From Mobula hypostoma (taxonomy: Eukaryota): a DNA stretch of 64,000 nt. The DNA lies in assembly GCF_963921235.1 (NCBI RefSeq), contig NC_086097.1, positions 223,574,001 to 223,638,000 of the forward strand, read 5' to 3'. The translations under genes were made by a program, and so were the position numbers. Numbering within the stretch: position 1 is the stretch's first letter; the number at the start of each line of letters is the position of its first letter. The notes beneath the pieces were generated by a model. That model made no database searches. It saw only the letters and a list, made by a program, of their open reading frames with translations, and was not told the origin of the DNA. Positions 1 through 11,039 of this stretch are shown here, piece by piece.

Positions 1-149
1 AGGTCAAAGGGTAGAGGTCAGAGGATCAGGTGTTCATCTGGGAAAACAAAACTGTTACAGAAACAGTAAATGAAGAATCCTTCTGCATTTGCGTGGCCAA
101 GGAGAGGCAGAGACAGAGGACCTTCATTGCTGCCCTGAATGCCAGCAGC

Positions 150-735
150 ATAACAGGCAGTAAGTGAACAGATCAAGTTCCATCTGCCATTACTGTACAC
201 ACATTTCCAATCTATCTACATCCTGGCTCTCTATAACCTTTCTCACCATCCACAATTACACAAACTTCCGCGTCATCTACAAACTTACTAATCAGCACAA
301 CAGCACTTTCATTCAGAATCACAAATGACGGAAGTTCCCTGTGGAACACCATTGGTCACAGATCTTCAGTCAAAATGCCACCCCTCCACTAGAGCACTCC
401 ATATTCAATGGCCAAGCCAAGTGCATACATCTTGGACTTAATCTTCTGGATCAGACAACATCCTAATCATCTTCATTTCCTCAAAAGACATAATCAAGTT
501 TGTAACACAGGTACAACACTCCCACTCTCACTATCGTCCATACTTTTCCAAATGTGAGTGAATGTTATATCCAAGAAGCTCCTCCAATAATTTCCACATT
601 GCTAATGTAGGCTCGCCAATTTATAATTTCATACATTAATCCCTTTTGCAAAGAAACAGTCCTCTGGAAACTTGCCTGTGGCTAAAGACGACACAATGAC
701 ATCTGTCAAACACCCACCAATTTCAATAACTTGGG
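150..735 (-). mobile_element. Old, degenerate CR1-type LINE fragment (RT region)
   Basis: The reverse complement contains a decayed SKF(A/V)DD motif (gtcatctacaaacttactaat, ~272-292) and pieces resembling GVPQG, as in the younger CR1 at 2375-4600. No long ORF. Confidence 0.5.
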
Positions 736-859
736 ATGGACTCCATCAAGCATTGCAGAAAAAGAAAAGTGGACAGTGCATGTAATGACATAATTACATT
801 AATAAAGCAAAATAAAAAATCTCAGCATGACAGCATCATAAATACAGCATCCATAAGAT

Positions 860-1660
860 GTCAGTCAACACCTCCTCTCCCATCTGCCCTCCTCTGTCCC
901 TTCACCAGCCTCTCTCCCCTCCTTTGCTCGCCCCCTCACCCATCTTCTACCACCCCCCCCCAGCCGGCCTGTCTCTCCCCTGCACCCCCCGGCCCCTCTC
1001 CCTTGCGCTCCCATCTGCCCCCAGCCCCTCGCCGGCCCCTCTCCCCTACCTGAGGCCTGGAAGCGGCTCCAACATCGGCAAACACTAAAGAGAAATAACC
1101 CCACGGGGGGAGGAGGGAGCCAACCACTGCAACCACCCCCCCTCGTCCGCTTCACGGGCACCGCTCGCCTCCGCTACATTGACAACTCGAGGTCACTGCC
1201 ACCCTGTCAGCCCCGGCCTGAGATCCCGCTTCCCACATCCTGTCCCCGGGACGTTCGCCACCCCACCCTCTCCACTCCGCAGCTGCAGCCCCCGAGCCCT
1301 CCCGGTGCCTCGAAATGGTCGATCCCAGCTGCTCGCCACGCCCCCCTTTCTGACCAATGACACGGGGGAGAGACTTCAGCCAATCGAAATCTCGGCTTGA
1401 TCCCATCCAATGGGAGATTGGCCAATTGACAGATTCGTCTGAGACTGGCCAATCGAAAGCTCAGACTGCTCCTGGACTTTGGGGTGCTCAAACCGAAACT
1501 GGCCAATAGAAATCCCGTACTTAGTGCAGCAGTAACGCAACTTGTGGGCGGGGCATGATTGATGGCTCCGTTGTGCAGCGCACGCAGAGGAGCATCGCTG
1601 CGAACTGCATGCTCGATCGGCCGATCTACTGGTACATTGCCTCTTAAAGGACATCAATGC
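860..1660 (-). promoter_or_regulatory. CpG-island promoter with a CCAAT-box array and GC/KLF boxes, probably driving a leftward (minus-strand) gene
   Basis: The only strongly GC- and CpG-rich non-repeat segment in the window. CCAAT occurs at 1354, 1380, 1407, 1422, 1449 and 1503, with ATTGG at 1417. CCACGCCCCC is at ~1336 and GGGCGGGGC at ~1545. The minus strand is G-rich over 860-1050. Confidence 0.8.
1050..1330 (-). other. Putative non-coding first exon (5'UTR) of the gene downstream of UBE2W; candidate STAU2 by synteny
   Basis: Minus-strand donor CAG|GTAGGG (exon ends at 1050) lies just downstream of the CCAAT array. The upper boundary (TSS) is estimated. Identity is inferred only from the human gene order (UBE2W followed by STAU2 on the same strand). 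Confidence 0.5.
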
Positions 1661-2079
1661 CAATCACTCAACTTTATTCCCCTCCCCATTGCTGCCTCCT
1701 GCTCTGACACTTACATTTTCATCATCAGCAGTTTTACTTTTGATTCCACTATTTTCTGCTTCAGAACCCTATGCATTCTCCTGCGGTACCCACCCTCGTC
1801 AAAGCGGGTCTTCATTCAATGAAAATCATTAGTCATTCTTAATAATGCTGCAAAACAGCCGCGACCACTGGAAAAAGCAAACATTCTGGGGCCATTATGA
1901 AAACTGGTTGTCGTGCTGCATGTTTACAGTCCAGAATTAGCTGTTTCTCTAGCCAAGCTTTTCCAGTACCGTTAAATCGGTGGCATCTTCCATCAGTTTG
2001 AAAAAAATCCTAGATATAAGCTGTTCACAAAACACGGGGGAGCTTAGTGACATAAAGGAATGCAGAATCTAAAATCCAG

Positions 2080-2215
2080 AGCTTAAAAATGCCAGAAGAA
2101 CTCAGCAAGTAAAGCAACATTCCTGGCAAGTCTTGGTGCAATCTTGACTCCAAACATTGAACATCCTGTTCACTGCACAGATGTTGCTTGACCTGCTGAG
2201 TTCCTCCAGCAGTTT
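2080..2215. mobile_element. Degenerate Penelope-like fold-back remnant
   Basis: Imperfect inverted arms gaactcagcaagtaaagcaacat / atgttgcttgacctgctgagttc match the pLTR motif seen in the other Penelope-like copies. Confidence 0.6.
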
Positions 2216-2297
2216 AACATTTGCGGGAAAAAGATTTAATTGGAGTACTTATGTAATGGAAATTTGTTGCCTAGGCTGGCAGTTGCTCTAGTAATTA

Positions 2298-4693
2298 GAA
2301 CCATAAAACCATAGAAACTACAGCACAGAAACAGGCCTTTTGGCCCTTCTTGCCTGTGCCGAACCATTTTCTGCCTAGTCCCACTGACCTGCACACGGAC
2401 CATATCCCCCCATACACCTCCCATCTATGTATCTGTCCAATTTATTCTTAAATGTTAAAAAAGAACCCGCATTTACCACCTCGTCTGGCAGCTCATTCCA
2501 TACTCCCACCACTCTCTGTGTGAAGAAGCCCCCCCTAATGTTCCCTTTAAACTTTTCCCCCCTCACCCTTAACCCATGTCCTCTGGTTTTTTTCTCCCCT
2601 TGCCTCAGTGGAAAAAGCCTGCTTGCATTCACTCTATCTATACCCATCATAATTTTATATACCTCTATCAAATCTCCCCTCATTCTTCTACGCTCCAGGG
2701 AATAAAGTCCTAACCTATTCAACCTTTCTCTGTAACTGAGTTTCTCAAGTCCCGGCAACATCCTTGTAAACCTTCTCTGCACTCTTTCAACCTTATTTAT
2801 ATCCTTCCTGTAACTTGGTGACCAAAACTGAACACAATACTCCAGATTCGGCCTCACCAATGCCTTATACAACCTCATCATAACAATCCAGCTCTTATAC
2901 TCAATACTTCGATTAATAAAGGCCAATGTACCAAAAGCTCTCTTTACGACCCTATCTACCTGTGATGACACTTTTAGGGAATTTTGTATCTGTATTCCCA
3001 GATCCCTCTGTTCCACTGCACTCCTCAGTGCCTTACCATTAACCCTGTATGTTCTACGTTGGTTTGTCCTTCCAACGTGCAATATCTCAGACTTGTCAGT
3101 ATTAAACTCCATCTGCCATCTTTCAGCCCATTTTTCCAGATGGTCCAAGTCCCTCTGCAGGCTCTGAAAACCTTCCTCACTGTCTACTACACCTCCAATC
3201 TCTGTATCATCAGCAAACCTGCTGATCCAATTTACCACATTATCATCCAGATCATTGATATAGATGACAAATAACAATGGACCCAGCACTGATCCCTGTG
3301 GCACACCACTAATCACAGGCCTCCACTCAGAGAAGCAATTCTCTACCACTACTCTCTGGCTTCTTCCATCGAGCCAATGTCTAATCCAATTTACCACCTC
3401 TCCATGTATACCTAGCGACTGAATTTTCCTAACTAACCTCCCATGCGGGACCTTGTCAAAGGCCTTACTGAAGTCCATGTAGACAATATCCACTGCCTTC
3501 CCTTCATCCACTTTCCTGGTAACCTCCTCGAAAAACTCCAACAGATTGGTCAAATATGACCTACCACGCACAAAGCCATGTTGACTCTCCCTAATAAGCC
3601 CCTGTCTATCCAAATGCTTGTAGATTCTGTCTCTTAGTACTCCCTCCAATAACTTACCTACCACTGACGTTAAACTCACCGGCCTATAATTTCCCGGATT
3701 ACTTTTCGATCCTTTTTTAAACAACGGAACAACATGAGCCACTCTCCAATCCTCTGGCACTTCACCCGTAGACAGCGACATTTTAAATATTTCTGCCAGG
3801 GCCCCCGCAATTTCAACACTAGTCTCCTTCAAGGTCCGAGGGAACACTCTGTCAGGTCCCGGGGATTTATCCACTTTAATTTTCCTCAAGACAGCAAGCA
3901 CCTCCTCCTTTTCAATCTGTACAGTTTCCATGGTCTCACTACTTGATTCCCTCAATTCCATAGATTTCATGCCAGCATCCTTAGTAAATACAGATGCAAA
4001 AAACCTATTTAAGATCTCCCCCATTTCCTTTGGTTCCGCACAAAGCCGACCACACTGATCTTCAAGAGGACCAATTTTATCCCTTACAATCCTTTTGCTC
4101 TTAATATACTTGTAAAAGCTCTTTGGATTATCCTTCACTTTGACTGCCAAGGCAACCTCATGTCTTCTTTTAGCCCTCCTGATTTCTTTCTTAAGTATTT
4201 TCTTGCACTTCTTATACTCCTCAAGCACCTGATTTACCCCCTGTTTCCTATACATTTCATACAACTCCCTCTTCTTCTTTATCAGAGTTGCAATATCCCT
4301 TGAGAACCAAGGTTCCTTATTCCTATTCAATTTGCCTTTAATCCTGACAGGAGCATACAAACTCTGCACTCTCAAAATTTCCCCTTTGAAGGCTTCCCAC
4401 CTACCAATCACATCTTTGCCAGAGAACAACCTGTTCCAATCCACGCTTTTTAGATCCTTTCTCATTTCGTCAAATTTGGCCTTCTTCCAGTTCAGAACCT
4501 CAACCCTAGGACCAGATCTATCCTTGTCCATGATCAAATTGAAACTCATGGTGTTATGATCACTGGAACCAAAGTGCTCCCCTACACAGACTTCTGTCAC
4601 TTGCCCTAATTCGTTACCTAACAGGAGATCTAATATTGCATCCCCTCTAGTTGGTCCCTCTATATATTGATTTAGAAAACTTTCCTGAACACA
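2298..4693 (-). mobile_element. Young 5'-truncated CR1 LINE
   Basis: Uninterrupted ORF2 frame from ~4693 to 2375, followed by a 3'UTR ending in short tandem tail repeats (accataaaaccatagaaac on +). Confidence 0.95.
2375..4600 (-). CDS. CR1 ORF2 (end of APE endonuclease plus complete reverse transcriptase), 741 aa open, N-terminally truncated
   Basis: Motifs SDH, KSPGPD, NYRPVSLTS, QHGF, DFSKAFD, GVPQGSVLGP, FADDT and RPNLEYC. The frame stays open upstream to the truncation point (CVQESFLNQYIEGPTRGDAILDLLL). Confidence 0.85.
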   Translation of the reverse strand: MTEVCVGEHFGSSDHNTMSFNLIMDKDRSGPRVEVLNWKKAKFDEMRKDLKSVDWNRLFSGKDVIGRWEAFKGEILRVQSLYAPVRIKGKLNRNKEPWFSRDIATLIKKKRELYEMYRKQGVNQVLEEYKKCKKILKKEIRRAKRRHEVALAVKVKDNPKSFYKYIKSKRIVRDKIGPLEDQCGRLCAEPKEMGEILNRFFASVFTKDAGMKSMELRESSSETMETVQIEKEEVLAVLRKIKVDKSPGPDRVFPRTLKETSVEIAGALAEIFKMSLSTGEVPEDWRVAHVVPLFKKGSKSNPGNYRPVSLTSVVGKLLEGVLRDRIYKHLDRQGLIRESQHGFVRGRSYLTNLLEFFEEVTRKVDEGKAVDIVYMDFSKAFDKVPHGRLVRKIQSLGIHGEVVNWIRHWLDGRSQRVVVENCFSEWRPVISGVPQGSVLGPLLFVIYINDLDDNVVNWISRFADDTEIGGVVDSEEGFQSLQRDLDHLEKWAERWQMEFNTDKSEILHVGRTNQRRTYRVNGKALRSAVEQRDLGIQIQNSLKVSSQVDRVVKRAFGTLAFINRSIEYKSWIVMMRLYKALVRPNLEYCVQFWSPSYRKDINKVERVQRRFTRMLPGLEKLSYRERLNRLGLYSLERRRMRGDLIEVYKIMMGIDRVNASRLFPLRQGEKKTRGHGLRVRGEKFKGNIRGGFFTQRVVGVWNELPDEVVNAGSFLTFKNKLDRYIDGRCMGGYGPCAGQWD

Positions 4694-5035
4694 TTTTTTA
4701 ATTTTTTTTTTATTTTGCCAAGCTTAGCTTTCTAAATACAACAGCTGCCACTTGTAAAGATCAAATAGTTGTAAATTAAACTTCCAACTAATATGCATTG
4801 TTTAGCTTCTAGTAGTCAATGAGAACTAGTCTTCAGTTTTTAATGTAAATAGAAAGCAGTAATCAGCTTGAAGCTGATAAAACACAACTTTGTAAACATC
4901 CTCTAAAGAAATCAACATGTTGGGTCACAGCACCTGCATTTTGCTAAAGAGGCATGCAGACAAGATGGAGACAATATTTGAGCACATCAATAATTGGTCT
5001 AGTAGTAACTTGGAAGGTTTATATACTCGGGGAAA

Positions 5036-6036
5036 TGCTGGCGCACCTCAAGGGTGTGTGCTTAGCCCACTGCTCTACTCTCTGTATACACGACTGTGTT
5101 GCTAGGCATAGTTCAAATACCATCTACAAATTTGCTGACGACATAACCATTGTTGGTAGAATCTCAGGTGGTGATGAGAGGGTGTACAGGAGTGAGATAT
5201 GCCAACTAGTGGAATGGTGCCGCAGCAACAACCTGGCACTCAACATCTATAAGACGAAAGAGCTGACTGTAGACTTCAGAAAGGGTAAGATGAAGGAACA
5301 CAAACCAATCCTCATAGAGGGATCAGAAGTGGAGAGAGTGAGCAGTTTCAAGTTCCTGGGTGTCAAGATCTCTGAGGATCTCACCTGGTCCCAACATATT
5401 GATGTAGTCATAAAGAAAGCAAGACAGTGACTATACTTTATTGGGAGTTCGAAGAGATTAAGCATGTCAACAAATACACTTAAAAACTTCTATAGTTGTA
5501 CAGTGGAGAGCATTCTGACAGGCTGCATCACTGTCTGTTATGGAGGGGCTATTGCACAGGACCGAAAGAAGCTGCAGAAGGTTGTAAATCTAGTCAGCTC
5601 CATCTTGGGCACTAACCTACAAAGTACCCAGGACATCTTTAGGGAGCAGTGTCTCAGAAAGGCAGTGTCCATTATTAAAGACCTCCAGCACCCAAGGCAT
5701 GACCTATTCTCACTGTCACCATCAGGTAGGAGATACAGAAGCCTGAAGGCACACACTCAGCGACTCAGGAACAGCTTCTTCTCCTCTGCCATCTGATTCC
5801 TGAATGGCCATTGAAGCTTTGGACACTACCTCACTTTTTTTCAATATACAGTATTTCTGTTTTTGCACATTAAAAAAAAATTTTCAATATGCGTAATTGA
5901 TTTACTTGTTTATTTATTATTGTTTTATTTATTATTTTTTTCTCTCTGCTAGATTATATATTGCATTGAAATGCTGCTGCTAAGATAACAAATTTCACGT
6001 CACATGCCACTGATAATAAACCTGATGCTAATTCTA
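5036..6036 (+). mobile_element. Rex1/Babar-like non-LTR retrotransposon, 5'-truncated and frameshifted
   Basis: Motifs GAPQGCVLSPLLYSLYT, KFADD, KTKEL.VDFRK, FKFLGV and LPSGRRYRS, with a 3' tail tgataataaacctgat. Confidence 0.88.
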
Positions 6037-6039
6037 ATT

Positions 6040-6648
6040 AAAGAGCAGGACGGTTATGCTGTAACTGTACGGGGTACTGGTGAGGCTACACCTGGAGTAC
6101 TGCGTGCAGTTCTGGTCTCTATTTTAAGGATATATTGGCTTTGGAGGCAGTGCAGAGGAGGTTCACCAGGTTGATTCCAGAGATGAGGGGGTTAGACTAT
6201 GAGGAGAGATTGAACTGCTTGGGACTGTACTCGCTGGAATTCAGAAGAATGAGATGAGATCTTATAGAAATACATAAAATTGTGAAAGGGATAGATAAGA
6301 TAGAGGCAGGAAAGTTGTTTCCACTGGTAGGTCAGTCTACAACTAGGGGACATAGCCTCAAGATTCAGGGGAGTAGATTTAGGATGGAGATGAGGAGGAA
6401 CTGTTTTCCCCAGAGAGTGGTGAATCTGTGGAATTCTCTTCCCAATGAAGCAGTGGAGGCTACCTCAGTAAATATATTTTAGACAAGGTTGGACAGATTT
6501 TTGCATAGTATGGGAATTAAGGTTTATGGGGAAAAGTCAGGTAGATAGAGATGAGTCTATGGCCAGATCAACCATGATGTTATTGAACGGCAAAGCAGCT
6601 CAACGGGCCTGATGGCCTACTCCTGCTCCTATTTCTTATGTCCTTATG
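6040..6648 (+). mobile_element. CR1 3' fragment
   Basis: RLHLEYCVQFW and TRGHSLKI...FPQRVVNLWNSLP motifs; tail ttcttatgtccttatg. Confidence 0.88.
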
Positions 6649-6699
6649 AAAGAAACATGGGGTGAACTAGAATCCATTCCTCAGACATTGAGGAGATGC

Positions 6700-7110
6700 C
6701 ATTACCACCCCCCATCCTTCTCTATTCCCCATCCCCTTTTCCCTCTCTCACCGTATCTCCTTGCCCGCTCTGGTGCTCCTCCCCTTTTTCTTTTTTTCAT
6801 GGCCTTCTGTCCTCTTCTATTACATTTCCCCTTCTCCAGCCTTGTATCTCTGTCACCAATCAAATTCCCAGCTCTTTACTTCACCCCTCCTCCTCCCAGT
6901 TTCACCGTTCACCCCGTGTTTCTTCCTCCCCTCCACCCACCTTCTAACTCTGACTTCTCATCTCTTTTCTCCAATCCCGATGAAGGGTCTCTGTCTGAGA
7001 CATCGATTATACTCTTTTCCATAGGTGCTGCCTGGCCTGCTGAGTTCCTCCAGCATTTTGTGTGCGTTGCTTGGATTTCCAGCATCGGCAGATTTTCTCA
7101 TGTTTGTGAA
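6700..7110 (+). mobile_element. Penelope-like element 3'/pLTR fragment with decayed hammerhead motif
   Basis: Pyrimidine-rich tract, then cccgatgaagggtctc...gctgcctggcctgctgagttcctccagcattttgtg. Same family as 36245-36965. Confidence 0.75.
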
Positions 7111-8985
7111 GGCAAATAATAATTAGAGTTGTAGATAAATTGTACAGACTATTTAAAACAAAGCTTAGTTCTGTTGTGTTGCATAGCTTGGTTCGGTGGT
7201 TATAAGTGCTTTGTACTAAACTGCAGCGGGAATGTGGATAGGATGTTTGAAGTTGAAGTGGGCTCTGCAATTATAGGGACAAATTGCATCAAGCAGGATG
7301 TCAAGATATGGTTGATGGCTTTGGTTTTCCCAATGTTAGCTGAAAAAAATCTGAGTTTTCCCCTCAATTAGATATTAATTAAGTAGCTCAATGTAACAAA
7401 GAAAATGCAAACATTAAGTAGTTGGAGGCTGACATATCCACATCAGTCAAAGAAGTATCTTTCTAGAATAAATATTAAGTCATACTTAGCGGATTTAACG
7501 CAATGTTTAAGGGCAGGAAATGCCATATGGGTGAATGCCATTGTTACTACAAGGGATATAATTTGACATTATATAAGACTATTTTAAATTTTTCCTTAAT
7601 CTCCCTCCTCCCACACATTCCAAAATTCATCCAATCTTTGTTGCAACTTCTAATTTGAATGTTCAATTAGCCTCTGAATTCACTTTTGCAGTCGCAAATG
7701 AAACTCAAACAAAGTTGTCATAAGGATAGAGTAGAGTTGATGAAACGACAAGGATTTAGTTGGATTTTCAGATCACAACAGATGAGAAGTTTTTGGCACA
7801 GAGGCAGGAGGACCTCTGTGAGAAACTCTGGGTGGATGCTAGAGAATGAGAATGCAGAGAAGTACCGCAAGGCCTGCTGTTTGAGGGAGCAGCTGCAGAG
7901 AATACAAAGGAAAAGAATAAAACAAGCTGAATATTTGCTAATGGATTAGAAAAAATGATTTTTAGTTCTATCTGTATAGATTTTTCTTTCATTTGTTAAA
8001 TATTAGAGGTCATAAGCCAGAAATAAATTTCCTAATGTACTTTTGTTGTAAAAGTCCAATTAACTTTCTGAAAAGAATTGGCCAATTGTGGGTTAGATAA
8101 AATCTTATATTTCCTGAAAGTTTTGTAATCGTGGTAATCTTCAACTTTCCCAGTTCCCAAATTACAAAACTTAAAACAAAACTTCCTCTCCCAGAGATGC
8201 TGCCTATCTGCTGAGCAACTTGGTTTTTATTTGCTTATTCAATATTTTTGTCAGGTCTTTGTTTTTTCTACATTAAGCTCTGCTGTTTCCTACCAAGTTA
8301 TTGACCTTCTCCTAGAACCACTGTTTTGATGTTGCCTAGGTTCCAATTTCAGATATTTTATTAATGTCTCTATATGGATCATTATCGCATTTTCAGCTTT
8401 CTCAGAAAACAACTCAACTTTCTCCCATACAAACACAACTGATTAGGGGCATCAACATTTATGATTATCTTTTTTTGATTTGGACCTGTTTAAATGTAAA
8501 CAAATTCTAACAATTAATTCACTATTGACCATTTCAATAAGATAGATTGGAAATAGAGTAATTGCTTTCCTCCACAGAAAACATCAATTAGTATACTGCA
8601 GATACATTTCTAACAGCTATTAAAAGCTAGAACAGGAGGATATATTTCTCTCAAAAGTACAGCTCTAAACAGGCACAAAGTTCTCATTGAATTTCAAACA
8701 TCATTTAATGTTTACTGCTACTTAAAACAGTTACATTTAGAGCAGTTACTGAAAGAAAAGTGCTGAAAAACAAACCTACAATCTTGTTTGAAATACTGGT
8801 ATACTGAGGTAAAACCCATCGAAAGTCAAGTAATGTAATATGAAGGCCGATATTTGTACTTATGAGTTACTGTATATACCAGAATCCCATATACCAGGTT
8901 GACAAGAGGGTAAAGGATAATGCTAAATTGGAAGTTAGGATATAGAAAGTGACAAGGGCTAAGGTACACCAGAGGTTTGGGAAGT

Positions 8986-9079
8986 TCAGAATCAGAATCA
9001 GGTTTATCATCACTGGCATGTGACGTGAAATTTGTTAACTAAGCAGCAGCAGTTGAATGCAATACATAATCTAGCAGAG
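8986..9079 (-). mobile_element. Rex1-like 3' tail fragment
   Basis: (tcagaa)n followed by ggtttatcatcactggcatgtgacgtgaaatttg, the reverse complement of the tails at ~5960-6030 and 32380-32412. Confidence 0.8.
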
Positions 9080-10462
9080 TAACATCCCCTTTGGCAAGTA
9101 TCACAGCTTGTAAATGCTTCCTCTAGCCAGCTAAGAGTCTTTCAATTCTTGTTTGGGGGGTTTTCTCCCATTCTTCCTTGCAAAAGGCTTCTAGTTCTGT
9201 GAGATTCTTGGGCCGCCTTGCATGCACTGCTCTTTTGAGGTCTACCCACAGATTTTCGATGTTTAGGTCGGAGGATTGTGAGGGCCATGGCAAAATCTTC
9301 AACCTGTGCCTCTTGAGGTAGTCCACTGTGGATTTTGAGGTGTGTTTAGGATCATTATCCTGTTGTAGAAGCCATCCTCTTTTCATCTTCAGCTTTTTTT
9401 TACCAACAGTGTGATGTTTGCTTCCAGAATTTGCTGGTATTTAATTGAATTCATTCTTCCCTCTACCAGTGAAATATTCCCCGTGCCACTGGCTGCAACA
9501 CAAGCCCCCCAAAGCATGATTGATCCACCCCTGTGCTTAACAGTTGGAGAGGTGCTTTTTTCATGAAATTCTACACCCTTTTTTCTCCAAACATACTTTT
9601 GCTCATTGCGGCCAAAAAGTCCTATTTTAACTTCATCAGTCCACAGGACTTGTTTCCAAAATGCATCAGGCTTGTTTAGATATTCCTTTGCAAACTTCTG
9701 ATGCTGAATTTTGTGGTGATGATGCAGGAAAGGTTTTCTTCTGCTGACTCTTCCATGAAGGTCATATTTGTTCAGGTGTCGCTGCACAGTAGAACAGTGT
9801 ACCACCACTCCAGACTCTGCTAAATCTTCGTGAAAGTCTTTTGCAGTCAAACGGGGTTTTGATTTGCCTTTCTAGCAATCCTATGAGCAGTTTCTCGTAA
9901 AGTTTTCTTGGTCTTCCAGACCTCAACTTGACATCCACCGTTCCGGTTAACTGCCCTTTCTTAATTACATTACCAATTGAGGAAACGGCTACCTGAAAAT
10001 GCTTTGCTATCTTCTTATAGCCTTCTCCTGCTTTGTGGGCATCATTTGTTTTAATTTTCAGAGTGTTAGGCAGCTGCTTAGAGGAGCCCAAGCTGCTGAT
10101 TTTTGGGACAAGGTTTGAGGAGTCAGGGTATTTAAAAAACTTTGAAATTTACATCCCCTGGCCTTTCCTAATGATGATTGTGCACAAGCCATAGCCCTAA
10201 CAAGCTAATTAAGGTCTGAGACCTCGGTAAAAGTTATCTGAGAACTCAAATCTCTTGGGGTGTCCAAACTTTTGCATGGTGCTCCTTTCTTTCTTTCCCC
10301 CATTCTAAAATTGTACAAAAAAAATACTAATCTTGCTTAAAATGTTGAAAAGAATGTTTCATCTTTAACTTTATGATGTTTGGAGATCAGTTAATCTTCT
10401 ACTCACACTATTCACAGTAACAGAAATTTTGACCGGGGTGCCCAAATTTTTGCATACCACTG
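9080..10462 (-). mobile_element. Tc1/mariner (IR-DR type) DNA transposon, frameshifted, one end lost
   Basis: Transposase pieces GYKKIAK, RSGRPRK, VLWTDE, QQDNDPKH and WPSQS.DLN.IENLW. The TIR ends ...gcataccactg|TA at 10462, with an inner direct repeat at ~10257. Confidence 0.92.
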
Positions 10463-10464
10463 TA

Positions 10465-10600
10465 ATTGATTGCATAAGTATTCACCCCCTTCAAGTCAGT
10501 GTTTAGTAGATGCACATTTGGCAGCAAATTTTCCCCATTCTTCTTTACAAAAATGCTCAAGCTCTGTCAGATTGCATGGGGGTCATGAGTGAACAGCTCT
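10465..10600 (-). mobile_element. Fragment of a second, older Tc1-like family (3' end)
   Basis: cataagtattcaccccc motif; the minus strand encodes a Tc1-type C-terminus AAKCASTKH*. Confidence 0.6.
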
Positions 10601-10609
10601 ACCAAGAGA

Positions 10610-11010
10610 TCAATTAGCTTGGGCTTATATTCCTTTGCATTCAGAAGAATGATGGGTGACTTTAATCAAACATATAAGGAACTAAGTCAACTTGACATAG
10701 TGGATGTTGGGATATCTTCACTAGCAGGATAGGTAGGCTAGATGCCAGAACCCAATTGAGTAGGTCTTCTTAAAAAGAGATATAGAAATTTCTTGTAGCA
10801 GAGGTTGATGAATCTCTGGAATTCTCTGCCCTGGCAGGCTGTGGAAGCTGAATCATTTGAAGTGTTTTAAAGTGGAGGTAGATGGTATTTTCTAAATCAA
10901 AGAATAAAGAGTATGGAGAAATATCTCAGGAGTTGACAATAGCATACATCATGGTAGGGCAGGTTTCAGGTGCCTGATGGCCTGTTCCTGCCCCCATTTA
11001 TTTGCGTTCT
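10610..11010 (+). mobile_element. Old CR1 3' fragment
   Basis: Decayed LGLYS...RRMMGD and VMNLWNSLP motifs plus a CR1-like 3'UTR. Confidence 0.65.
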
Positions 11011-11039
11011 TCTGTTTCTCAACAAACAGCACAAGAGTA

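Noticed and set aside
1354..1507. ER-stress element (CCAAT-N9-CCACG) or CRISPR-like array reading of the periodic motif
   Set aside because: No CCACG at the required distance, the shared repeat is only ~5-8 bp, and the context is vertebrate DNA with no cas genes.
736..1822. Several overlapping Pro/Gly-rich ORFs, including the repeated SIGQ peptide
   Set aside because: By-products of the GC-rich CpG island and the periodic CCAAT boxes; no recognisable protein.
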